A stretch of 64,000 nucleotides of DNA, from the NCBI RefSeq assembly GCF_023343835.1, contig NC_064458.1, forward strand, positions 4,665,829-4,729,828. Direction: 5' to 3'. Shown in pieces: positions 50,829-64,000 of this stretch. This DNA comes from Lagopus muta (lineage: Eukaryota). A program made the position numbers and the translations under genes. The notes under the pieces were generated by a model that saw only the letters and a list, made by a program, of their open reading frames with translations, made no database searches and was not told the DNA's origin. How positions within the stretch are numbered: position 1 is the first letter of the stretch; each line of letters opens with the position of its first letter.

Positions 50829-53619
50829 ATGTCCAGTAGGAAGCGGAAGGCCCCCGACTCCGGGGAGCAAGGTGAGAGCAAAGCATCCCTGCGTGCAGCT
50901 CCCCGCCGCCGGGCAGAGGGGTGCTGGGGGTCTGCCAGCGGCAGAGAGGGAAGGGAGGGGCAGGAGCAAGGAGCACGGCCCTGGGGACCGCCCTCAGGGA
51001 CAACTGGCCCCGCAAGGTGCTCACTGCTGCCCGCCTTTGCTCTCTCCTCTCCAGTGTGCATGCTGTGTCGCCGGGCGGATGTCGACCCGAACATCTGCGG
51101 GCGCACCTTTGCCGAGAGCGACCTTTGCGTGCATGAGTTCTGCTTGGTGAGTTCCAACCCTCAAGGGCTCCTGCCAGCTTCCTGCCAGGGATGCTCCCTT
51201 CCTGTCTGTCCTAACGAGATCCTGCTCTGCTCTTTCCCACAGCTTTTTTCTTTGAAGAAAAACACATTCTTTGAAGAAAGCGACCCCTGGGAGGAAACGC
51301 TGCGCCTCCCCGTTGGGACCATCAGATGCAGAATCAAGCAGGCGGACCAGAAGGTGAGCTTTGTGCCAGGAGAGGCTCACGCCAGCTTAGTCTGCACCCA
51401 GAGAAAGCAATGGCAGCCCTTCCAGCGGGCTCCAGGGCAAAGTCCTGCCATAGCAGACGAGCCTTCTCCGCCAGGCGGCTCTGCAGAGTGGAGCCCAGCA
51501 GCTTCCGCAGCCTGTGCCCTGCCCAGAGGTGTGGGGCCGGCCGTGGAGGCCCTGAGCCTGCTGCTGATCGGGGCTGCCTTGTTCCTTTCAGCAATGCTTT
51601 GTTTGTGGCGAGAGAGGAGCCGCCATCAGCTGCGCAGAGAGAGGCTGTGCACGCAGCTTCCACCTGCCCTGCGCCGCGGACGGTGAATGCGTCACCCAGT
51701 TCTTTGGGCAGCACAGGTAAGGGCTGTCAGCAGCAGCCAAGCCAGGGAGGAACCCACAGCGACAGCTCCCAGCAGCCTGCCAGAGATGGGGCCTGGGGCT
51801 CCTGCCTGCTGCTCTGCCCTCCTGGCAGTGCTTCTCACTGTGCCCATCACTTGCATCGTCCCCCAGGTCCTTCTGCTGCGAGCACCGCCCGCGACAGGCA
51901 GCGGAGGCAGCTCCACCCCAAGGCACTGACTGCGTCATCTGCCTGGAGCCCCTGGAGGACAGCACGTCCTACCAGACCCTGTGGTGCCCAGCGTGCAAGC
52001 ACACCTGGTTCCACCGCCGCTGCGTCCAGGTAGAAGCCCTCCCCTCACCCTGCGGCCACGGCCCGCGCTCAGCAGCACCGAGCCCCGCTCACGCTCACGC
52101 TGCTTCTGCTTCTCCGGCAGGGGCAGGCCACGAACGCCGGCACCATGTGCTTCCAGTGCCCCATTTGTCGAGACACGGAGCAATTCCGGGCAGAAATGTC
52201 CACTCTGGGGATCCAAGTCCCAGTCAGGTTGGTGTCCTTCTCCCCAGCGCTGCAGATGGGAAGGCGCGAGCGCTGGGCCTGCCCAGGGACTGTCCCGGCA
52301 GGCCTGGCCCTTTGCTGTCTCACCAGCACAGGCCTCAGCTTCACGGAGAAGCTGGAAATGGGGTTGCCTTGGATGAACGGGGATACCCCGGATCACACAT
52401 GGCAGGGAACCGGGAACTCATCGCATTCCCTCCCTTCTCTTGTAGGAGACCGTCTTGGTGGGATGACAACACCTACCCATCACTTCTGCGGAGGCACAGG
52501 CGCTGCGATGTCAGCAAGTGCCTTTACCCAGGAGGCAGGGAGCAGGCAGAGGTGAATGGGTGAGTTACCTCAGCAGCCCTCTGGGCTTCTGCAGGGGATC
52601 TCCCCCTCAACACCGGATGGGGAACCAGGGCTGAGCACCGCAGATGTGCCGGCCGCTGCCTGGCTTGGCTCACTTTGTCCTCACAGCCACAACCCGTTTG
52701 CTTCCCCAGGCCCTGGCAGCTGCTGCTCTGCAGCTCCTGTGCTGCAGAAGGGACCCACCGACGATGCTCCTACCTGAGCAACAGAGTTGGCAGCTGGGAG
52801 TGTGACAGCTGTGCTGGCATAGGCACCGGTAAGATGCAAACAGCTGTGGCTCCCTAGGCGGGGGCCGGGCAACGCCTGGCAGTGGGTGCTGCTCAGGGCG
52901 GCCCTGCCAGGCTCTCTCTGCCCCAGGAAGGAGGGCAGCCCGTTGCGACTCAAGGCTGCAGCTTCATCCCAATGATCACCTTCCTGCTTTCCTTTACAGC
53001 CTCCAGCAGCAACACGGAGCGCGCCGGACCCAGCACCAACACGGAGCGCGCCGGCCCCAGCACTTCCAGCCAAGGGGCTCCGGAGCCTCCCCGTGGCTCC
53101 CAGGGACCGGAGAACATCAGCTCCGGCTCCAGCAGCCAGGCAGCATCGGGCCCCTCACACCGGTCCCAGCTGCCTGAGAACAGCCGCCTGCCCAGTGAGC
53201 CTGGGACACGGCAGAGGGCAATCGGCCCACGCCTCCCTGAGGATCAGGAGGCATCTCTGCAGCGCCGAGGACGCCGCGGGAGCGGCCGTGCAACAGCCCC
53301 GCGCACCAGCAGCAGCTCCCGCAGGTCCACCCCACGGAGGGCACCGCGGCCCTCCAGCGACTCCCCGGTGGCTGCACCCAGAAGGAGCCCCAGGCAGCAG
53401 GGGACGGGCCGGGCACGAAGCCGCTCCCCGCTTCAAGATCGGGCCTCACGTTCCCAGAGCCGGCCCAGAAGAAGCCGTGGCAGCAGACAAACACCACGCC
53501 GAGCTGCACAGAGCAGCACCCTCTGCTCAGCCGCCCCAGTGACATCGAGGCCCTCGAGGGGTTCCCCGCTGCCTGGACACAGAAGACCCTCCAGGCAGCA
53601 AGGGAGGGCCCACACATGA
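50829..53619 (+). CDS. PHF7-like gene with SR/basic tail, copy 2 (apparently intact, ~497 aa). Exons: 50829-50871, 51055-51146, 51243-51353, 51592-51716, 51867-52029, 52121-52227, 52446-52559, 52710-52828, 53000-53619.
   Basis: Same exon structure as copy 1, shifted by +10109. Exon 6 reads MCFQCPICRDTEQFRAEMSTLGIQVPVR (CGA at 52169-52171), so the reading frame is open through to the stop at 53617-53619. Confidence 0.75.
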
Positions 53620-56600
53620 AGCCCTTCCGCAGCGGGATGTCAGGCTGCGACTTCCCACACAGACCCCAGCACGCCGCAGCAGCCAAACCCAACAGCAGCG
53701 GCCAGCCTGGGCACAAAGCTGCTCCCAGGTCCATCTGCAGAACCACATCCCCACAGCCAGACCTCAGTCTGCACAGGAGCAGCCGGGTGCCAATGACACC
53801 TGCTCAACTTGGTCAACATCAGCCAAGACGACAAATCCCACGCTCATTTACATCAGCTTGCTCAACTTGGTCAACATCAGCCAAGACGACAAATCCACGC
53901 TCATTTACATCAGCTTGCTCAACTTGGTCAACATCAGCCAAGACAATAAATCCCACCCCCACCCCCATCAGCTTCATTCTTCTCGTCTTTTCCTGGGGTG
54001 GGCAGAGTTCAGACCTCGACCACAGGGTTGCCTTCTCCCCAGCAGAATGGCTCAGGTTGGAGGGGCCCTTAAATATCATCCGGCTCTAACCCCCTTGCCG
54101 TGAGCAGGTTCATGCACCACCAGATCAGGATGCCCAGGATCCCATCCACCCTGGCCTCAAAGGACTCCAGCAACGGGGTGTCCTGAACCCCTCAGGGAGG
54201 AACCTCGCTGTTCCAGTGCCTCGCCACTCCCTGAGGAAACAGTTTCTTTCTAACACCTCATCTCTCTCTATCCTCTTTTAGTTTCATGCCATTCCCCCTT
54301 GTCCTGTCACTATCAGAATGCATGAAAAAGTCAGTCCTCCTCCAGCTTGGCAGGACCCTTAAAAGTACGAGAAGGCTGTGGGCACAGAGGTCTCCTCAGA
54401 GCCTTCTGTTCTGAAAGCGAAGTGAACCCCACTCCCTCAACCTGCCTTCTGAGGTGCGGTGCTCCAGGCCTTGTCTTCTCTTTGCGGCCCTCCTCCGGAC
54501 CCCCCCTCCCACCGCTCCACACCCCTCCTGTGCTTGGCACCCCAGGCTTGGGCGCAGTACTCCAGATGGATGCCCTCGCAAGGGCACAGCAGAGACGGAC
54601 AATCACCGCCCTGCCCTGCTGGACACCTTCCTCAGGCCTTCCGGGCTGCAGGCACGCGCTGCTGGCTCATCTCCGGCTTTTTGGCCATTACGACCCCCAG
54701 GTCCTTCTCCACAGGGCTTCTCTCACTGTCTTCTCCTCCCAGTCTCCACCCGTATCTGCGACTGCCTCAACCCAATCGCAACACCTTGCACTGGGCCTTG
54801 TTAAACCTCACGAGATGCTCACGTGCCCTGTATTCCAGCCTGGGTCCAGGTCCCTCTGGATAGCGTCTCTGCCTTCTGCTGTGCCAAGCGCACCATCAGC
54901 TCGGTGCCGTCAGCTGGGGGTGCACTCAATCCCACCGTCTGTGTCCTTGATAAAAATGCTCACGAGCATCAGTCCCCAGACGGACCCCTGGGTGCCCGGC
55001 CTCCACCTGGACACAGAGCCGCTGGCAGCAATCCTCGGGCACAACATCCAAACAACCTGCATCCACCTGTCTGTTCAACACTCAAATGCACATCTCTCCA
55101 CTTCAGACATTAGGAGGTGCTGTGGGACGAAGACATCAGTCGCCCTTCCTTTGTCCATCACAGCCATCACTCCATCACCAAAGGCCTCCAGATGGCTCAG
55201 GCACAGCCGCCCTTGCTGAAGCCGTGCTGGCTGTCTTAGGTCGCCTCCCCATCTCGCGTGTGCCTTCACATCTCCTCCAGGAGGATCCACCCCGCCATGT
55301 TCCCAGGCCCACAGATGAGGCACAGCGGCCTTCAGGCCCAGCTGGCTTCTGGCCCAGCCCCACTGAGGCACGAGGTCTCAAGTCAGGATGGATCAAGGCT
55401 CTGCTGGCAGGGCAGCCCAATTCTGGGGGTGTTTCATGGCTTGGGGTTGCCACTGTTCTGTATCGTTCATTCATTAGCAGCAAACCATTTCCATTTGTAG
55501 TATTTTTTAAAGCGTTGGGGGGAAAAAAAAGGAGAGAAACAAAGCGTAAAACTGGTGGGATATCTGACTTCTTTTTTCGTGAAGGTAGTGCGTCAATGCC
55601 TCGTTTGATGTCAATGGTTGCAATTTTTCGTGAGGTCTTAATGCGTTTGTCAGATTTCTGATGAAATTTTACTCTTGCCATGCAATTGTTCACAAGCGTG
55701 CTGACTGCCAAAACGCGATGACGTGAATAAGGCTTGACTGCAAAGCGAGGGATATTTCTGTCTGTTAAAAGAGGTCTGACAGAAGTCCAGTCAGGAGACA
55801 TGGTTAGATTTTGGAGTCGAATATCTGGTTGGAACTCCAGGCATTCCAATTGAAAACTGGCAGGTAATGCATTTGTATCAACTTAAAATGGGGTCACCCA
55901 CATAAAGGGATGATTTTTTGGCAAAATTGAAACCGGTTTCCAAATTCCTTTATCAAAAGAGAAAGCATGGCTGCACATTCTTTGCTGTTCAGAGCACTGC
56001 GTGGGGCCGGGGCTGGGCTGCACTGCTGGCTGTGCGGAGCTGCGCATTGGGTACACCTGCTCTGGGTCCCAGAGAGAGCTCCAACACACAAAGTAAAGCA
56101 ATACGGTGCCCAACTCTCTTGCAAAATACTACTTTAGGATTCAGCATTCACCAAGAAAGAGCAAACCTAGCTTTTACAACAGCTCACACAAATTACCCAA
56201 AGACACCCTGTGAGACAGAAAGCATGAAGATTCATGGAGGCAATCAGCTTTTTTTGGGGTGGAGTTTCAAGCACGCAGCCCAGCCTGGAGCACAGCCCCT
56301 TTTCCGTTTGTAATCCTGCAGGAGTAGAGCACCTGCTGGGGCACAGAGCATCATCTGGACAGTTTCCACTGACAGAAGTAGAGCATCATACTGGGGCAGA
56401 AAAAGAAAAAAAAAAGAAAAGAGCATAGCTATATTAAAATACTTTGAACTGAACTTTTCACCCTGCAGGATGAGCTCACTTCAGGGCTCACATCGTGAGA
56501 GGTTTGGAAAAAAATATTCAAACATCCTGATTTGTGTTTCCAGTGCTACGGATTAAAAGCTGCAGAAATGCCTTCTCCTCCACCATCCATCAACTCTGAT

Positions 56601-59600
56601 CCTGGGACAGAGACCCACAAACTCCTCAGGGTTGGAAGGGTCCTCTGAGGGCCATCCGGACCAACCCCCCTGCAGCGCACAGGGACACCGCAGCTGGGTC
56701 AGGTCTCCAGGGACGGAGCACCCAGCGCACCTCTGTGCGACCTGTGCCAGTGCCTCACCACCTCTCTGCAGAAGATTTCGTCCCTATAGCCAACCTAAAC
56801 CTCCCCTCTTGGAGCTTGCAGCCATTTCCCTCTCGGAGCTGGAAACCACACTGACACTTTGGTCAGTTTTGGAGCAGAAAATGAGATGAGATGTAGATAG
56901 ACAGATAACTCGATGTTTTTCTTCCTTGATTTACTATTTATTATGACCTCGCTGACCGACTGCACGCCGCACGCCCAGCACCGCCGCCAGCTCCAAGCAC
57001 CACCAGCCCGCCGCGCCGCCAGCGCAGCGCCCTTACACCAACGAGCCGCCGCTTCCGCTCTTCTCGGCACATGCGCAGCACCAGCAGGAGGACCCGCTAC
57101 CATCGAGTTGGAGGGCTGGAGGCACAGAGCAGTCAGAGCAAAGAGGCACCACTTCCGGGTTTCCGGAGGCGTCAGTGTCTGGAGGATCGCTTCGTATTAC
57201 CGCAGGGACGGGCGGTACGGAGCGGAGAGAGCAGAGCGACGCGTCGTGCCGCTCCGGGACGGCTCTGTGGTGCTCTGCGGGACCGTGCGGGCCCCGGGGG
57301 GCCCAGAGCGCCCAGAGCTCGTCTGACCCCCCGCTGCCCCTAAAACCGCCGCCGCGGCGGTCCCGACTGCAATTCTGCGCTCCGGTCAAGCGGTGGCAGC
57401 AGAGACCGAGAAAAGAGCGGCGTGGGGCGTGGGTACCGGCGATGGGAGCGGAGCGAGCCTGGGGCTTGGCTCTGCTCGGGTAAATGCGTCCATTCCAACT
57501 GCATTCAGGCTCGGCTAGCTCTGAGCTCTGCCAAAGTGGTTGGCATTTGTCATTGCTGAGCGCACAAAAGGCTCGACCAAAGGTGACGATGCCCGGAAGG
57601 CAGAAGGATGGAGAAAAGCGTGGCCACATCCCTGGCACGGAGCCGAGCCCGTAGCTGGAGAAGGGGGTTGTTCTGCCGGATGTGGACTGGGAGCGGTTCT
57701 GTGCCACGGCCCGAATCTGCCCTTCTTTGGCTTCGGTCGGGCCAGGAGCTGCTGCGCGGTGCCGCACACCGTGCGTGTGCCGTAACCCCACGCTGCTCCG
57801 TGTGCACGGTGGTTGTGGAGGGCCGTGGTTGTGGGGGGGACCCGAGACCGCCTTCAGCCGGGCGACTGACTCCTGGCTTCTCCGCTGTACTTCGTACAAC
57901 CTGTGTTTGTTGTGCACCTTTCACAAGCGTGTGACAGTACAGTGTTTGCTCTGATGCCTTCACAAGGCTGTCACAGCCGTGTCTCCTGTCTCCGGTTAGC
58001 CTGTCCACGGGTCCACCTGTGAACCAGACAGAAAGAGGGCGAGAATTCACAGTGTTACAGTTCTGTATGGCATTGTCACAGTCTGAGCCACAAAGAAACA
58101 CGTCGCTTCCTTCACACGCCTACAGAGTATTGAGAGTGAGACATAAATATGTGCGTATACATGCATACAGAGCGTCTGATCCTTCACCAATCATAACAGA
58201 ACTTCTTTTCACCAGCTGCGTATTCACATAGGTTTCACCTTTATAAATGTCCACAGTCCATAAATGCCTCATGAAGCTCATGCAGACTGGGACGTGCTTG
58301 ATCGTTTTTCCAAATCATTTCACTGATGGGCTCCGCCACAAGCTCACCTGAAGCGCAACGGTGCCCAAGCCCAGTGAAAAGTGTTGAAAAGCAGCAAGGG
58401 GCTGGAGATGGAGAAGGGTGAAAGAAGAGCTCGGGTGATGTTTGCACAAAGAACAGAACGTGGAGAGGAACAGCATCCCCAGGTCTTCAAATAGACAGAA
58501 GTGTTGAGATTGTTTCACTCCCTTCTTCAAGAGTGGATGTGCAGTGGGGTTCATGCCAGCTGACCAGAAAGACACCAAACCTCTATTCATCAGGGGAAGA
58601 GAAGGGTTAGGATGAGCCTGGAAATTATCAACTACTTGGTGTACCATCCAGTCCCGGGACAATTCTAGAAGCTATCACCCAAAAAGTCTTTCTCAAAAGG
58701 TGAAATTTCCTAATGATTTTTGAAGTAGAAGTCACTCTAAGAGGAAATCAGATACAGTTGCACATACAGCACACAGTCCAAATGCGCAGAAATTTCTGTG
58801 CAAACTGTGCAAAACAAAATGGTAACAAACTCGTGAATGCCTCAGAACAAAAACTGTGCTGCTATGCTCCTGCGAAAGGTGCAGAACAAACATGTTGTGC
58901 GTGAGCACAATGGAGAAGTCCGGAGTTTGTTGTCTTGCTTAAGGCGGTCTCGGTTCGATCCCCAGCCCCCCACACAACCACCACGCAATGGGAGAAGCAT
59001 GACTGGTATGGCATGCACACGGTACATGGCACCAGGCACACTCCACGCCATCTGGAAACTGCTCCTGAGCCAATTGGAAGGGCCCATCCTATGGCATAAA
59101 ATGCATTGCCGACTCCACAGTAGGACCGTCACCCCGGACTTTGGGAGAGCAGGACCTCCTCAGTGGGCCTGCTTGGAGGTATCCCATGGACGGGAGCTTT
59201 GGCAAGTAGGCCCGAGAGAGCTGCTTGACACTTAAACACCGCTTCCTCCAAGCTCAAGATGGATGCATCCCTGAGAGCAAGAAAGCAGGGAAAAGTGGCA
59301 GGAGAACTGCTGGATAAGCAAGGGGCTCATGGATGGACTCAAAGGGAAGAGGAGCGTACACAGCACGTGGAAGAAGGGCATTTCTACTTGGAAAGAATGT
59401 ATGAGCGTTGTCAGGGCCTGCAAGGATGCAATGAGGAAGGCTAAGGCACCCTTGGGATTAAATCCAGCAAAGGCGGTCGAGGAGAACAACAAGGGCTTTT
59501 GTGAGAATGTTGGTAGTAAAACTAAGACTGGAACACATGCGGGTCTGCCACTGAATGCCTTGGTAACAAGGGACAAAGAGAAGGCAGAGGTACTGAATGC

Positions 59601-60937
59601 CTTCTTTGCTTCCATCTTTACTACTAAGATTGCCCCTCCTAAATCCCAGGCCCTGGCGGTAAGAGAGAGAGTCTGGGGAATTAAAGACTTCCTCCTGCTT
59701 GAGGAGGATCTGAACAGGAAGCGTGCAGGCAAAATCAGTGCTCGCAAATTCATGGGCCCTGTGGGGATGCACCCACGTGTGCTGAGAGAGCTGGTGGAGG
59801 TAATTGCTGAACTGCTCTCTATGATCTTGGAGAGGCCTTGGAGAACAGGAGAGCTGCCTGGATGCTGGAGGACAGCCAGCTTCGCACCAGTCATCGCACC
59901 GATGAGTGGGCAGTGAGATGGACTGGGAACTGGCTTGACGACCAAGAGATGATGGAGGGGCCTGGAGCATCTTCCTCACGAGAAAAGGCTGAGAGACCTA
60001 GGACTCTTCAGTCTGGAGAAGAAACGCATGAGCGGGGGATCTCATAACAGTTTGGCCCACTGCGACGGGCCCTGCGTCTGCTCCAAGCCATGAGACAGGC
60101 CCTGCGCCAGCACCCGACTTCGTGACAGCCCACGTGGTTCAACCAGAGAACCCAACTGTGCCAGTATCCATAGCCCTTATTAAAAAGAGCAAAATGAGGC
60201 CGTGAAAATCAGCTCCTTTAATAAGAAAGGAAATACGTTCTAAGAGGGGGGTAGAAGAAGAGGATGAGAATGAAGCCAGGCCATGACAAGAACGGCAGGA
60301 GGAAGAGGCCGAACTCATAAAGGAGACGAGAACCATTTGACTCCTGAGCACGAGTGAGCTGACAGATATGTGAAAAGACTTCAGCTGTCATGCAGGGGAG
60401 CACTCTGACACTGGGAGAACGGGGCCGCAAGCCTGGACTAGGCGGGCAGCAAAGGCAGGCATCTGGGATCCCTTTCACGGGCAGGGTGCATTGGCAAAGC
60501 CCTTGGAAATGAGGCACGAGCCTTCCCCTCGTGGAGGTGACTCTCCGTAAGGGCCGAGAGGGAAAGGAGTCCCTTCAAAGAAGATCTGGTATGTTACCCA
60601 GGCAAGCGGTGCACCGTGGGGAAAGGTGTGCCTGAGGGCACCAGCTCTTCTGGAGGTGATGCGTAATGCTGAAAAAAGAGGGGAGATACAGACTGGCTGT
60701 TGGCCGGCAATTGCTGATTCTGAGGGCCCAGGGCTGCCGCCATCTTGCTTGGGAGCCTGGGACGCATTCCGCCCCGAGGGGGTAACCGTGATGTCACAGT
60801 GGTGGCAGGGAGCGGCCATTGTGACCCGCGGGGCTGGGAGCAGAGCAAAGGCTGCCGGGCTCAGAGCGTGGTCAGTGCGGCCTGGTGAGGTGCAGAGAGA
60901 GCAGGGACTCTTCAAGTGCTCACCATTGACGCGCAAC

Positions 60938-63728
60938 ATGTCCAGTAGGAAGCGGAAGGCCCCCGACTCCGGGGAGCAAGGTGAGAGCAAAGCATCCCTG
61001 CGTGCAGCTCCCCGCCGCCGGGCAGAGGGGTGCTGGGGGTCTGCCAGCGGCAGAGAGGGAAGGAAGGGGCAGGAGCAAGGAGCACGGCCCTGGGGACCGC
61101 CCTCAGGGACAACTGGCCCCGCAAGGTGCTCACTGCTGCCCGCCTTTGCTCTCTCCTCTCCAGTGTGCATGCTGTGTCGCCGGGCGGATGTCGACCCGAA
61201 CATCTGCGGGCGCACCTTTGCCGAGAGCGACCTTTGCGTGCATGAGTTCTGCTTGGTGAGTTCCAACCCTCAAGGGCTCCTGCCAGCTTCCTGCCAGGGA
61301 TGCTCCCTTCCTGTCTGTCCTAACGAGATCCTGCTCTGCTCTTTCCCACAGCTTTTTTCTTTGAAGAAAAACACATTCTTTGAAGAAAGCGACCCCTGGG
61401 AGGAAACGCTGCGCCTCCCCGTTGGGACCATCAGATGCAGAATCAAGCAGGCGGACCAGAAGGTGAGCTTTGTGCCAGGAGAGGCTCACGCCAGCTTAGT
61501 CTGCACCCAGAGAAAGCAATGGCAGCCCTTCCAGCGGGCTCCAGGGCAAAGTCCTGCCATAGCAGACGAGCCTTCTCCGCCAGGCGGCTCTGCAGAGTGG
61601 AGCCCAGCAGCTTCCGCAGCCTGTGCCCTGCCCAGAGGTGTGGGGCCGGCCGTGGAGGCCCTGAGCCTGCTGCTGATCGGGGCTGCCTTGTTCCTTTCAG
61701 CAATGCTTTGTTTGTGGCGAGAGAGGAGCCGCCATCAGCTGCGCAGAGAGAGGCTGTGCACGCAGCTTCCACCTGCCCTGCGCCGCGGACGGTGAATGCG
61801 TCACCCAGTTCTTTGGGCAGCACAGGTAAGGGCTGTCAGCAGCAGCCAAGCCAGGGAGGAACCCACAGCGACAGCTCCCAGCAGCCTGCCAGAGATGGGG
61901 CCTGGGGCTCCTGCCTGCTGCTCTGCCCTCCTGGCAGTGCTTCTCACTGTGCCCATCACTTGCATCGTCCCCCAGGTCCTTCTGCTGCGAGCACCGCCCG
62001 CGACAGGCAGCGGAGGCAGCTCCACCCCAAGGCACTGACTGCGTCATCTGCCTGGAGCCCCTGGAGGACAGCACGTCCTACCAGACCCTGTGGTGCCCAG
62101 CGTGCAAGCACACCTGGTTCCACCGCCGCTGCGTCCAGGTAGAAGCCCTCCCCTCACCCTGCGGCCACGGCCCACGCTCAGCAGCACCGAGCCCCGCTCA
62201 CGCTCACGCTGCTTCTGCTTCTCCGGCAGGGGCAGGCCACGAACGCCGGCACCATGTGCTTCCAGTGCCCCATTTGTCGAGACACGGAGCAATTCCGGGC
62301 AGAAATGTCCACTCTGGGGATCCAAGTCCCAGTCAGGTTGGTGTCCTTCTCCCCAGCGCTGCAGATGGGAAGGCGCGAGCGCTGGGCCTGCCCAGGGACT
62401 GTCCCGGCAGGCCTGGCCCTTTGCTGTCTCACCAGCACAGGCCTCAGCTTCACGGAGAAGCTGGAAATGGGGTTGCCTTGGATGAACGGGGATACCCCGG
62501 ATCACACATGGCAGGGAACCGGGAACTCATCGCATTCCCTCCCTTCTCTTGTAGGAGACCGTCTTGGTGGGATGACAACACCTACCCATCACTTCTGCGG
62601 AGGCACAGGCGCTGCGATGTCAGCAAGTGCCTTTACCCAGGAGGCAGGGAGCAGGCAGAGGTGAATGGGTGAGTTACCTCAGCAGCCCTCTGGGCTTCTG
62701 CAGGGGATCTCCCTCTCAACACCGGATGGGGAACCAGGGCTGAGCACCGCAGATGTGCCGGCCGCTGCCTGGCTTGGCTCACTTTGTCCTCACAGCCACA
62801 ACCCGTTTGCTTCCCCAGGCCCTGGCAGCTGCTGCTCTGCAGCTCCTGTGCTGCAGAAGGGACCCACCGACGATGCTCCTACCTGAGCAACAGAGTTGGC
62901 AGCTGGGAGTGTGACAGCTGTGCTGGCATAGGCACCGGTAAGATGCAAACAGCTGTGGCTCCCTAGGCGGGGGCCGGGCAACGCCTGGCAGTGGGTGCTG
63001 CTCAGGGCGGCCCTGCCAGGCTCTCTCTGCCCCAGGAAGGAGGGCAGCCCGTTGCGACTCAAGGCTGCAGCTTCATCCCAATGATCACCTTCCTGCTTTC
63101 CTTTACAGCCTCCAGCAGCAACACGGAGCGCGCCGGACCCAGCACCAACACGGAGCGCGCCGGCCCCAGCACTTCCAGCCAAGGGGCTCCGGAGCCTCCC
63201 CGTGGCTCCCAGGGACCGGAGAACATCAGCTCCGGCTCCAGCAGCCAGGCAGCATCGGGCCCCTCACACCGGTCCCAGCTGCCTGAGAACAGCCGCCTGC
63301 CCAGTGAGCCTGGGACACGGCAGAGGGCAATCGGCCCACGCCTCCCTGAGGATCAGGAGGCATCTCTGCAGCGCCGAGGACGCCGCGGGAGCGGCCGTGC
63401 AACAGCCCCGCGCACCAGCAGCAGCTCCCGCAGGTCCACCCCACGGAGGGCACCGCGGCCCTCCAGCGACTCCCCGGTGGCTGCACCCAGAAGGAGCCCC
63501 AGGCAGCAGGGGACGGGCCGGGCACGAAGCCGCTCCCCGCTTCAAGATCGGGCCTCACGTTCCCAGAGCCGGCCCAGAAGAAGCCGTGGCAGCAGACAAA
63601 CACCACGCCGAGCTGCACAGAGCAGCACCCTCTGCTCAGCCGCCCCAGTGACATCGAGGCCCTCGAGGGGTTCCCCGCTGCCTGGACACAGAAGACCCTC
63701 CAGGCAGCAAGGGAGGGCCCACACATGA
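60938..63728 (+). CDS. PHF7-like gene with SR/basic tail, copy 3 (apparently intact). Exons: 60938-60980, 61164-61255, 61352-61462, 61701-61825, 61976-62138, 62230-62336, 62555-62668, 62819-62937, 63109-63728.
   Basis: Copy 1 coordinates shifted by +20218. CGA at 62278-62280. The differences from copies 1 and 2 that I located are non-coding (60925 in the 5'UTR at -13, 61064 in intron 1, 62174 in intron 5, 62714 in intron 7). Confidence 0.75.
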
Positions 63729-64000
63729 AGCCCTTCCGCAGCGGGATGTCAGGCTGCGACTTCCCACACAGACCCCAGCACGCCGCAGCAGCCAAACCCA
63801 ACAGCAGCGGCCAGCCTGGGCACAAAGCTGCTCCCAGGTCCATCTGCAGAACCACATCCCCACAGCCAGACCTCAGTCTGCACAGGAGCAGCCGGGTGCC
63901 AATGACACCTGCTCAACTTGGTCAACATCAGCCAAGACGACAAATCCCACGCTCATTTACATCAGCTTGCTCAACTTGGTCAACATCAGCCAAGACGACA

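Larger units (their letters stand above)
39882..64000 (+). repeat. Head-to-tail tandem segmental duplication: unit 10,109 bp; copy 1 39882-49990, copy 2 49991-60099, copy 3 60100-64000 (truncated by the window end)
   Basis: Identical ORFs recur at an exact +10109 offset (40408/50517/60626; 42038/52147/62256; 48728/58837). I see about 8 single-base differences per ~3.9 kb between copies and no indels. The left flank of copy 1 (CR1 minus-strand 3' part at 39005-39880) is unique, whereas units 2 and 3 are preceded by the unit end (…ccatgagacagg|ccctgcgccagc…). Confidence 0.95.

Noticed and set aside
1-64000. Prokaryotic-style features (operons, CRISPR arrays, defence islands, terminators)
   Set aside because: The window is vertebrate nuclear DNA: a multi-exon gene with 3-14-kb introns, canonical GT-AG splice sites, CR1 LINEs and ERV LTRs. 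The only periodic repeats are minisatellites and a 10.1-kb segmental duplication, not CRISPR-like short repeat-spacer arrays.

Overview
This is a vertebrate window, almost certainly avian: it is packed with CR1 LINE fragments (ORF2 peptides, ATTCTRTG-type 3' tails) and avian ERV-type LTRs, so no prokaryotic gene model applies. It splits into two very different parts.

(1) 1–~35 kb (+ strand, moderate GC): a ceramide-synthase gene, CERS4-like, with 10 coding exons at 474–33845. Both the TLC domain and the homeobox-like exon are conserved. Its introns hold many CR1 fragments, one or two ERV-type LTRs, a ~42-bp minisatellite and a long poly-T tract.

(2) ~39.9–64 kb (GC-rich): a head-to-tail tandem array with a 10,109-bp unit. 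Two complete copies and the first 3.9 kb of a third are visible, at about 99.8–99.9 % identity. Each unit carries a 9-exon PHF7-like gene (PHD / extended-PHD / RING-like zinc-finger) ending in a large Ser/Arg/Pro-rich, protamine-like last exon. Each unit also carries CR1 fragments in both orientations, a 58-bp ×3 minisatellite, a CpG island, and a 0.4-kb block (45.4–45.8 kb) that is noticeably less GC-rich than the rest of the unit.

The first PHF7-like copy has a CGA→TGA nonsense change in exon 6 that is absent from copies 2 and 3. Between the two parts, at 37870–37988, sits an isolated CERS homeobox-like exon with intact splice sites and no companion exons. All protein similarities are judged from memory of the families; no database search was possible.
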